DNA of 64,000 nucleotides from an uncultured Collinsella sp. (GTDB lineage Bacteria; Actinomycetota; Coriobacteriia; Coriobacteriales; Coriobacteriaceae): NCBI GenBank assembly GCA_900545615.1, contig UQZM01000001.1, positions 40,150 to 104,149 of the forward strand, read 5' to 3'. Shown piece by piece: positions 56,376 to 64,000 of this stretch (position 1 is its first letter; each line of letters starts with the position of its first letter). The notes under the pieces were generated by a model. It saw only the letters and a program-made list of their open reading frames with translations, ran no database searches and was not told where the DNA came from. The position numbers and the translations under genes were made by a program.

Positions 56376-57683
56376 ATGGCCAAGAGCAGGTACGCCGATG
56401 CCACCAAGGCCGCTCGCAGGGCCGCGATGTCTGCCCACAAAGCCACGTCTGCCAACAAAGACGCCGCGTCCGCGGCCGTGCAGCCGTCCGTGAGCGACAA
56501 CGACACCGACTCCACCCGCGACGCACGCCGCGACGAGCTGACGCACGTGGACGCCAAGGGCGAGGTGCGCATGGTCGACGTGTCTGACAAGGCCGAGACG
56601 CACCGCATCGCCATCGCCGAGGGCACCATCCTCATGCATCCCGAGACGCAAGCCATGGTGCTGCAGGACCGCGCCAGAAAGGGCGACGCGCTTGCCTGCG
56701 CACGCGTGGCGGGCATTATGGCCATCAAACGCACGAGCGACATCATCCCCATGTGCCATCCATTGCTCATTACCAAGAGCAAGTGCGACATTGCGCCCAT
56801 CGCTGCGGCAGGAATGCCGGCCGAGGACGCGCCCGAGGGCTGGGCGCCGGCGCGTCCGGACGGACAGGTCGGCTTCCATGTGCTGGTCACGGCCGGTGTG
56901 ACGGGCAAGACCGGCATTGAGATGGAGGCACTGACCGGTGCGAGTGCCGCATGCCTGACCATCTACGACATGTGCAAGGCCGTTGATCGTGGTATGGAGA
57001 TCGTCGATGTGCGCCTGCTGCACAAGGAGGGCGGACGCTCGGGCGTGTGGGATCGCGCGGAACGTCAAGCTGCTGCTGCCGAGGCCGCCGCTACTGATGG
57101 CACCGTGCCCGCGAGCGCATCCGCCCCGGCCGTGCCCGCAGCTCCCACTCCGGCCGCCCCAGCAATCGCGTTTATCGGTTACCAGAACTCGGGCAAGACC
57201 ACACTTGTCGAGAAGGTCATTGCTGAGCTTACCCGCCGTGGCCTGCGCGTGGGCTCGCTCAAGCATCATGGACATCACGGCTTTGATATCGACGTGCCCG
57301 CCAAGGATACCTGGCGCCATCACCAGGCGGGATCCAAGCACGTGGGTCTCATTTGCGCCACGCGCTGGGCGGAGTACGCCGACACGCGCGAGGAGGACGA
57401 GATGCCCGCGCGCGAGCTGCTGTCGCGCTACAGCGATGTCGACGTGGTAATCATCGAGGGCTACAAGACCGAGGGCTTCGACAATATCGTGGTTGCGCGC
57501 TCCGGTGTCGACCGTCTTCGCGGTAAGAGCTCGCTCGATCTGGTCGACGGCCGCACGCTGGCCTTAGCCTGCAACGAGGCCCTGGCGCGCCAGGCCTTCG
57601 ACGCCGGCTTCGCGACCCGAGCCATCAACATCAACGACGCCCGAGCCATCTGCGACCTGATCCAAGACCACCTTCAGGCTTGA
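56376..57683 (+). CDS. Fusion of MoaC (cyclic pyranopterin monophosphate synthase) and MobB (Mo-cofactor guanylyltransferase accessory GTP-binding protein), with ~60 aa low-complexity N-extension
   Basis: MoaC core LTHVDAKGEVRMVDVSDK...IIPMCHPL. MobB P-loop GYQNSGKTTL and its downstream region. RBS ggagg. Confidence 0.7.
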   Translation: MAKSRYADATKAARRAAMSAHKATSANKDAASAAVQPSVSDNDTDSTRDARRDELTHVDAKGEVRMVDVSDKAETHRIAIAEGTILMHPETQAMVLQDRARKGDALACARVAGIMAIKRTSDIIPMCHPLLITKSKCDIAPIAAAGMPAEDAPEGWAPARPDGQVGFHVLVTAGVTGKTGIEMEALTGASAACLTIYDMCKAVDRGMEIVDVRLLHKEGGRSGVWDRAERQAAAAEAAATDGTVPASASAPAVPAAPTPAAPAIAFIGYQNSGKTTLVEKVIAELTRRGLRVGSLKHHGHHGFDIDVPAKDTWRHHQAGSKHVGLICATRWAEYADTREEDEMPARELLSRYSDVDVVIIEGYKTEGFDNIVVARSGVDRLRGKSSLDLVDGRTLALACNEALARQAFDAGFATRAININDARAICDLIQDHLQA

Positions 57684-57811
57684 CGCTGCGCCGGCCCCAA
57701 GCACCCCATCTCGCCCCTCAAGCCGTCGCTCGCGTACCAAAGTACGCGTCGCTCCTCTTTCGGGGCGACCTGGGGCACTTGGAACCGGCTCGCTACGCTG
57801 CCATATCATTG

Positions 57812-57853
57812 GGCCACCACAGGCAGGCACCTTTGTGGTGGCCTTTGCTTTGG
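57812..57853 (+). repeat. Hairpin repeat CCACCACAGG...CCTTTGTGGTGG plus tttgctttgg (copy 1), terminator-like
   Basis: ggccaccacaggcaggcacctttgtggtggcc followed by tttgctttgg, after the moaC-mobB stop. Confidence 0.6.
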
Positions 57854-58013
57854 TAGATTTTTGGGACATGCCTTAAAATCTACCAAGTAGTTCATCCGGG
57901 CGAAGACGGAGAGAAGGGGCCCGATGCGTCCTTAACGTTACACACAGAAAGATTGAGTCGATGGTCGGCGGTCAATGCCTGCGGCCCGTATTCGTATGCA
58001 ACAAGGAGCCCAC

Positions 58014-59249
58014 ATGTCTACATCTCCATTTCCTAAATCCCAACCATCGCTGTCCGCGCGGGCCAAGCGCCTGGTGGCAATGCGATTTCTCATCTACACC
58101 GGCTTCCAGACCAGCTACTTTATCGGCGTTATCGGAACGCTCACCTATGCGGACGGCGCTTCGGTCGTCGCGACGTCGCTGGCCGTCATGTTTATGAACG
58201 TCTTCGTGATCCTGGGGTCCTTTGCGGGTGGCGCGGCGCTCGACGCCTGGGGTCCGCGCCGCCATTTCTGGCTGAGCATCGTCGGCACACTGGCAACGGG
58301 CGCGGCGATCATCGCCTTTGGCGACGCGACCGAGACGGTCCTTGCCGGCGCGGTACTCTTGGGCTTTGTAATGGGATTCGCCCAGCCCATCGCCACGTCC
58401 TATCCGGCCTATCTCACCGACGACCCTGTCGAGCTCAAAGACATCAACTCCACCATCACCATGTTCTCCAACGTGAGCATCATCGTTGGCCCCACGCTGG
58501 GCGGCTTTGCCGCGGCGGCTGCATCGTCGCGCGCGGTGTTCGTGCTCATGATGCTCTTTACCGTGCTGGCGCTTATCGCCGGCTGGGGGTTTAAGCCGAG
58601 GGAAGGCCGCATCGCCGGGCGCGCGGGCCAAAGCTCCAGCCCCAACACGCCCGCCCGCGCCACCTTCGCGACCAGCATCAAGACGGTCTTCACCAACAGC
58701 GTCCTCGCCCTGCTCTTCTGCATCATCTTCCTTTCGAACTTTGGCTACGGCGCCTTCGATCCGCTGGAGTCGTTCTTCTATCGCGACGTCCTGCACGTCG
58801 GCGTCGAATGGATGGGCTGGCTTTCGTCGGCCTGCGGCGTGGGCGCGGTGCTGGGCGCCGTGGTCGCGCTTCGCATGCCGCTGCGCTTCGTCAGCCTTAA
58901 AACGTTGCTCGTGGCGCTTATGACCGTAGGCCTGGGAAGCCTGCTCTACGTGGGCACGCCGTACGTGGGAGTGGCCCTTATCGGCCAGATCGCCCTGGGC
59001 GTGGCCTGGGGCGTCGTCAACCCGCTCCACAACACCATTGTGCAAACGACGGCCCCGCTCGAGCAGCTCGGCCGCGTCAACTCGGTCATGGGCTTTGGAA
59101 ACATGTTCGCCGGCGTGGCTCCGCTGGCGATTGCCCCGTGGCTGGCGGCGACATTTGGCGTGCAGCAGACGCTCGTAGGAGCGGGCATAGTCGTAACGGC
59201 GGTCCCCGCGGCGCTGCTGCTGTTTGGACGTAGGCATTTGGATCGCTAA
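58014..59249 (+). CDS. MFS transporter
   Basis: About 411 aa, 12 TM. RBS aaggagcc precedes the ATG at 58014. Confidence 0.8.
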   Translation: MSTSPFPKSQPSLSARAKRLVAMRFLIYTGFQTSYFIGVIGTLTYADGASVVATSLAVMFMNVFVILGSFAGGAALDAWGPRRHFWLSIVGTLATGAAIIAFGDATETVLAGAVLLGFVMGFAQPIATSYPAYLTDDPVELKDINSTITMFSNVSIIVGPTLGGFAAAAASSRAVFVLMMLFTVLALIAGWGFKPREGRIAGRAGQSSSPNTPARATFATSIKTVFTNSVLALLFCIIFLSNFGYGAFDPLESFFYRDVLHVGVEWMGWLSSACGVGAVLGAVVALRMPLRFVSLKTLLVALMTVGLGSLLYVGTPYVGVALIGQIALGVAWGVVNPLHNTIVQTTAPLEQLGRVNSVMGFGNMFAGVAPLAIAPWLAATFGVQQTLVGAGIVVTAVPAALLLFGRRHLDR

Positions 59250-59306
59250 CCTGCCAAAAAGGGACAGGTTTATTTTGGCAGGTTTTATCTGGGCAAACGT
59301 CATTTC

Positions 59307-59350
59307 CACCACAAAGGGGACAGGCACCTTTGTGGTGGTTTTTGCTTTGG
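59307..59350 (+). repeat. Hairpin repeat CCACCACAAAGGGGACAGGCACCTTTGTGGTGG plus tttttgctttgg (copy 2)
   Basis: 12-bp perfect stem. Same 3' flank as copy 1. A second hairpin, cctgccaaaa...ttttggcagg, precedes it at 59250-59282. Confidence 0.6.
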
Positions 59351-59432
59351 CGAGCCGTGCTCGTGCCTTGGTATACCATGTACTCCATTTCCGATTGCAT
59401 CCAACATCGCCACACTACCCAGAAAGGCCCCC

Positions 59433-60254
59433 ATGGACGCCACATTCAGCAACATCAAAGCCGTGTTCTGCGATATCGACGGCACGCTGCTCACGAGCGA
59501 GCACACGGTGTCCCCGCGCACTGCGGCGGCGATCCGCGCTCTGCGCGAGCGTGGCGTGCTCTTTGGCCTGTGCACCGGGCGCGACGCCCACGCGACCGAG
59601 GCCATGTATGAGCTTTGGGGCATCGACGGTCTGGTAGACGTGATGGTGGGCTGTGGCGGCGCCGAGGTCATCGACCGCGCGCACGGCATCAACGAGCTGA
59701 GCTACCCGCTGCCGGGCGAAACCATCGCGCGCATCTGCAAACACATGGCGGACCTTCCGGCAACGCCCGTTTGCCCCCGAGACGGCGTGTTCTACGTTCC
59801 CGAGACCAACGCGTGCGTGGAGCACCTGTCGCAGGTCGACGGTGTGCCCTATATGGTGGTCGATTTTGCCGAGTTCTTGCGCGAACCGCAGCCCAAGGTG
59901 ATGTTTACCATGGCGCCCGAGGTGATGCCGCAGGTCATCGAGCGAGCATCGACGTTCGTCGACGACACCGTTAAGGCAGCCGCCCTGCAAACCACGCAGC
60001 GCCTCTACGAGTTCATGGACCCGCGCGTGTCCAAGACGCGCGGCCTTGTGCGCGTGGCGGAGCTCAATGACATGGAGCTCCAGAACATCTGCGTGTTTGG
60101 CGATGCCGATAACGACACCTGCATGGTGGCCGACGCCGGCGTGGGCGTGGCCATGGCAAACGGCAGCGACGCCACCCGTGCCGCCGCCGACTTTGTAACC
60201 GCGAGTAACGACGAAGACGGTATCGCGATCTTTATCGAGGAGCATCTGCTGTAG
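59433..60254 (+). CDS. HAD-superfamily Cof-type (IIB) hydrolase
   Basis: FCDIDGTLL motif I and GDADND motif IV. 273 aa. Confidence 0.8.
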   Translation: MDATFSNIKAVFCDIDGTLLTSEHTVSPRTAAAIRALRERGVLFGLCTGRDAHATEAMYELWGIDGLVDVMVGCGGAEVIDRAHGINELSYPLPGETIARICKHMADLPATPVCPRDGVFYVPETNACVEHLSQVDGVPYMVVDFAEFLREPQPKVMFTMAPEVMPQVIERASTFVDDTVKAAALQTTQRLYEFMDPRVSKTRGLVRVAELNDMELQNICVFGDADNDTCMVADAGVGVAMANGSDATRAAADFVTASNDEDGIAIFIEEHLL

Positions 60255-60267
60255 CGCCGGGGGAGAG

Positions 60268-60302
60268 CCACCACAAGGGGAACAGGCACCTTTGCGGTGG
60301 CC
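60268..60302 (+). repeat. Hairpin repeat GCCACCACAAGGGGAACAGGCACCTTTGCGGTGGC (copy 3)
   Basis: Same family as the other two copies. Located after the HAD gene stop. Confidence 0.55.
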
Positions 60303-60759
60303 TCAGGCGATTTGGGCGAGTTGATGCCTAAAATCTGCGCGAGAATCAAAATAACGTTGTCTGAACATTACGCTTCTAACCACCGATGAGTTAAAGATAT
60401 TCTCATCAGTTTGGTAGGGTATTTCTCCCGGTAAATGACCTACAGCTCATGGTCAATTTTCGACTGTTTACAGGATGTTTACTCTTGAGCAAAATGTTGT
60501 GCAAATAAATCTAATGCCATTAAAAAATGATGGGCAACTAAATTACCAGTAGAAACAAAAAATAGATAGCGAATAAACGAAGATAAATCTGAGCAATTGT
60601 CAAGAGAATTGAGAATTCGCTACAAAACTATCGGTTTATTTGCCCAGATGTTCAAACAATCGTTACAATATTCATTACTAAGCGTGCGCAATTTCAGGTT
60701 GCGCAGATACGTTTGATAGTGAAAGAGCAAGATCGCGGTCTCTTGGGGAGGAGACATCG

Positions 60760-63700
60760 ATGAAAGCGAATTCAGACAAATCTAATCAGAGTAATAAAGC
60801 GACGCGCCGTGTACTGGCAGGCGTTTTGTGCGGAGCCTCCGTGTTGAGCCTGGTACTGTCGCTCGTCATGCCTCCGATCTCGCAGGCCATTGCCAACGAT
60901 GCCCAGACGGTTCCTGCCGAGGAAACTGTGATGGGGGGGGGTTCCTCAAGTGAGTCTACTGATGTAGATAACACCAACAACGGGGATACCGAAAAGCTGA
61001 ATAGTGACGACGCAGAGGGTGGCGAAGCCGACCCTTCAAATGGTGTTGAGCAGGGTCAGCCTGAAGGTAAGCTGCAGGCCGAAGATGGCGAGTTGTCGGA
61101 TGGCAACGCCGTAATGCTGGCTGCGGAAGGTGGGCAGACTAAAACGGCATCCACTGAAATACAAACAGCTGACGGGTTGAAAAGCCTGGAGAATGCAAGT
61201 GGTGCGGCTAGCTTCAAGCTTATGAATGATATTGAGACCAGCGAGACGATCACGCTCAACAAGGACGGCAGCAATATCACGCTGGATCTAAACGGCCATA
61301 AGATTAAGCATACGAGTCAAGGTCAGTCTTTGTTCAATATCACCGGTGGCGCGACACTTACAATTAAGGATACTGATCCTAATAAACCGAGTGAAAGTGT
61401 CGACAGCGGCAAGCAGCTAGATGATCAGGGTCAGGATTTAAATCCCCACAATTATGGTAAAGAAGCAGTGTTGTCTTACGACAATGGCATTCCGTCTAAC
61501 CTTACCTACTATGTTACCCAATCGTCCCCGAGTGCAACAGACACAACCAAGACAACCGAGACGCTTTACGAACATAGCGTCGATATTAAAGGCGCCATCG
61601 TGGCATGCAGTGGCAATGAAAACCTGAAGCTCATCAACATCAATGGTGGTCATTTCAGTCTTGAGAACGGCGTGCTCACACAAGAGAAAGACTGCCATGT
61701 CCGAAACCTGGTGTACGCGGAGAATGAGTCGACCGTCAATATGAACGGTGGTTACGTTTGTGGAGGTTATTGTCGGTGGAATGGTGCCGGCGCAGGAATA
61801 TCTGTCGACCATTCGACTCTTAACATTTATAACGGCGTAATTGCCGGCAACCGCGCTCCTAGTGGCGGCGGTATATATGCCAATGGGTCTGCAGTCACAG
61901 TGACCGGTGGCGTAATCTCCGGTAACAGCACGCTTAATAACATTGACGGATTTGGTGGCGGCATCATGGCCGAATATGGCAGCAGCGTTACTGTTTCCGG
62001 CGGTTACATTACGAACAATCGCTATGCTAAATTCTGCGGTAATGATGGCTGGGGTTGTCATGGCGGCGCTGGGCTTGCTGCCAAAGAAGGCGCCCATGTC
62101 ATCATTTCCGGTGGCCAGATTACTGGCAATTATTCTGTAGAAGCCGGTGGCGGCGTTTACGTTACCGATCAAGGGCGAAGCGGTTCTCGCAAGGATACGG
62201 CATGGCTCAACATTACGGGAGGAATTATTGCCTCTAACGTGAGCTACCGATCTGAAGGTGCCGGCATCCGAGTGGGCCAGATGGTTGACGCGGAAATAAA
62301 AGTTCCGGCAAATTCTAGTAGTCCAGTCTATATCACTAATAACTCCTGCATGTCTCGCTTTGACTGGGGCGGAGGCGGCGTTTTCGTTCAGGGCTGTAAT
62401 GAGGACGCATCTAAAGCGGGTAGGCTATTTGTCTATAGATCCTATATAAGCAGCAATACCGCCGGCGGCTATGGTGGCGGCGTTGCGGTCTGCCCATCGG
62501 GTAAGACCTTGGTAACGAACACTGAAGGCACGGCAATCTTCGGCAATAAGTCTGCCGGTGATGAGCATCCTAGCGATAATCATCCTAATCCTGCTTACGA
62601 CAAAGCGAGCAATTCCGGCAATGAAAAAGCGCCCCATCTTTCTGCCGGCGGCGAAGGTAAGGATCGAGACAAAGCCGCCTATTTGGAAAAAGTTTTTCGT
62701 GACAATGGTCATGCCGATTTCTTCCTCGCAGCGCATAAGGAAAACAAGAATCCGATTGCAGTTGTGACTGGTGAGATGCTTGGTGGTGGAGACGCCCGGT
62801 ACTCGGGAAGCATCGAACTTGAAAAAGCTATCAACATCCCTGCCAACGGTGCTGTTGGGGTAAAAAATAGCATCGGCCTGACCTCGGGTGTTATGTCGGG
62901 TGTTATGGCCAAGGATGAGGCGGCGATTAATGCGCGGAATCAAGCGCAGAATGAAGCGACAACTTTCATCACGGGCAACTATTCCTGGGACCATGGTGGC
63001 GGCATCATGTCGAATGGCGACTTGTACCTAGGCGTGCCTGCGGATGCGTACGTCTATCCGAGCCTTAAGCTGAAGGCGACCAAGGCGCTGAAAAATCAGC
63101 AGACCAAGGAAAGCATGACGCTCGACACAAACCAGTTCCCCTTCTCCTTCTCCGTCTACCGTAAGGATTCGGATGGCGCGTCGACGCCCTCTTGGGATGG
63201 CGAAACATTCAACAGTGGTGACTGCAAGCAGGTTAAATCTGCCCCGAATAACGCTGACGGCAACATCACCTTTGACCTTAGCAATGACCTTAGCAATGAA
63301 CTTAGCAAGCAGCCCTTAGCGAGTGATACTGGCAAAATTAGATACTCATACTACTTGGTCGAAGATGCGGGCAATATTCCTGGTGTTGATTACGATCATG
63401 CTGTATACGAGATTAACGTGACAGTCGAATACAACAAGACTCTACTTATGTCTGTTCCGATAAAGAATGATTCGAATTCGACTAAAGATCTTAATGTCTA
63501 TAACTACACGATTGATGATGTGTCCGTGACTAAGAATCCTGGGGGTTCGGCTAACTCTCAGGACCATGTGCGACTAGATGATGATGGCTATTATTCGATT
63601 GCCGACTCCGGTAGGGGAAGTACATTCACCAACAAGTACACCCCTAGTGTTTCCTGGACTCCTAAGGCGACTAAGGTCGTTGAGGGTGGCGAGATGAAGG

Positions 63701-64000
63701 AGTTTACACTTCAGCTTGCGAAAGACAGCAAATTTGAATACATCATCGGTAGTGCCGTGACTTCTGGTAATGATAAGGGGCAGACGCTTTCGTTCAAGGA
63801 CGTCACTGATAAAAATAAAAAGGTTGAGCTCACGTACTCGCTCTCTGATATCAGGAATAATCCCGACTCGGGCGACTCCACGGGCGGCCCTTCCAAGACC
63901 TTCAAGTACTACGTGCGCGAGAAGAACGAAAGATCGACCTATCCGCATTACGAGTTTGATCAGTCGGTCTATGAGCTTACGGTTGTCGCAAAGGATGACG
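60760..64000 (+). CDS. Large secreted cell-surface protein: signal peptide, right-handed parallel beta-helix (PbH1-like) region, then Cna-B/isopeptide-pilin-like domains; 3' end beyond window
   Basis: Hand translation from the ATG at 60760 (RBS ggggagga) stays open to base 64000. Signal peptide RRVLAGVLCGASVLSLVLSLVMPPISQAIA. PbH1-like repeats GGVISGN, SGGYITNN, SGGQITGN and TGGIIASN. Pilin-like blocks YYLVEDAGNIPGVDYDHAVYEINV. Not in the ORF track because no stop codon falls in the window. Confidence 0.7.
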   Translation, partial: MKANSDKSNQSNKATRRVLAGVLCGASVLSLVLSLVMPPISQAIANDAQTVPAEETVMGGGSSSESTDVDNTNNGDTEKLNSDDAEGGEADPSNGVEQGQPEGKLQAEDGELSDGNAVMLAAEGGQTKTASTEIQTADGLKSLENASGAASFKLMNDIETSETITLNKDGSNITLDLNGHKIKHTSQGQSLFNITGGATLTIKDTDPNKPSESVDSGKQLDDQGQDLNPHNYGKEAVLSYDNGIPSNLTYYVTQSSPSATDTTKTTETLYEHSVDIKGAIVACSGNENLKLININGGHFSLENGVLTQEKDCHVRNLVYAENESTVNMNGGYVCGGYCRWNGAGAGISVDHSTLNIYNGVIAGNRAPSGGGIYANGSAVTVTGGVISGNSTLNNIDGFGGGIMAEYGSSVTVSGGYITNNRYAKFCGNDGWGCHGGAGLAAKEGAHVIISGGQITGNYSVEAGGGVYVTDQGRSGSRKDTAWLNITGGIIASNVSYRSEGAGIRVGQMVDAEIKVPANSSSPVYITNNSCMSRFDWGGGGVFVQGCNEDASKAGRLFVYRSYISSNTAGGYGGGVAVCPSGKTLVTNTEGTAIFGNKSAGDEHPSDNHPNPAYDKASNSGNEKAPHLSAGGEGKDRDKAAYLEKVFRDNGHADFFLAAHKENKNPIAVVTGEMLGGGDARYSGSIELEKAINIPANGAVGVKNSIGLTSGVMSGVMAKDEAAINARNQAQNEATTFITGNYSWDHGGGIMSNGDLYLGVPADAYVYPSLKLKATKALKNQQTKESMTLDTNQFPFSFSVYRKDSDGASTPSWDGETFNSGDCKQVKSAPNNADGNITFDLSNDLSNELSKQPLASDTGKIRYSYYLVEDAGNIPGVDYDHAVYEINVTVEYNKTLLMSVPIKNDSNSTKDLNVYNYTIDDVSVTKNPGGSANSQDHVRLDDDGYYSIADSGRGSTFTNKYTPSVSWTPKATKVVEGGEMKEFTLQLAKDSKFEYIIGSAVTSGNDKGQTLSFKDVTDKNKKVELTYSLSDIRNNPDSGDSTGGPSKTFKYYVREKNERSTYPHYEFDQSVYELTVVAKDD

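Noticed and set aside
61438-62172. 244-aa minus-strand ORF and several other short ORFs listed between 60786 and 63948
   Set aside because: They lie inside or antisense to the long plus-strand adhesin ORF, which is invisible to the track only because it lacks a stop in the window.

Overview
This window is a high-GC (~60-65%) chromosomal segment that looks actinobacterial. The gene content suggests a gut Coriobacteriia-type organism; this is inference, not a database result. Gene order: the feoB 3' end plus its small Cys-rich partner; a LacI regulator; a galacturonate (Ashwell) cluster (uxaC, a GPH-family uronide transporter, uxaB, uxaA); an orphan GltD-like oxidoreductase; a complete kdpDE/kdpFABC potassium-uptake locus; an OYE/FAD multidomain flavoreductase; a DhuI/DhuD-like unsaturated-uronate isomerase/reductase pair with a GntR regulator; a GntP permease plus an IlvD/EDD-family sugar-acid dehydratase; two orphan ATPase genes; a second GntR; kdgK-eda; a second LacI; a DinJ-MNT fusion with its HepT partner (toxin-antitoxin pair); glnA with a GlnR-like regulator; htrA; ligA; a MerR-MATE pair; a heterodimeric ABC exporter; a DUF559 gene; moaA and a moaC-mobB fusion; an MFS transporter; a HAD hydrolase; and a 5' fragment of a large surface adhesin. 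Most of the window is core metabolism, but the regulatory and repeat landscape is unusual. A 14-bp perfect palindrome GGTGAACGTTCACC recurs at the hexuronate promoters. A second near-palindrome, CGAAATCGGTTTCG, sits in a duplicated 40-bp promoter module. There are at least three hairpin-repeat families: AGTTGCGGTGRAATA (5 copies, two of which bracket the whole kdp locus), CCACCACAAAGG...CCTTTGTGGTGG (3 copies), and a pair of 65-bp palindromic direct repeats bracketing the DUF559 gene. Other repeat features are a 203-bp MITE-like element with perfect 29-bp terminal inverted repeats and a 9 x 10-bp tandem array forming the promoter of an AAA ATPase gene. Two separate low-GC islets each encode a secreted C39-like cysteine peptidase with a membrane-anchored small partner protein. 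A third low-GC region encodes a large beta-helix/pilin-like adhesin that is missing from the ORF track because it runs off the window. The IlvD/EDD dehydratase clearly extends upstream of its first ATG with no canonical start codon. No rRNA, tRNA, CRISPR array or transposase gene was found.
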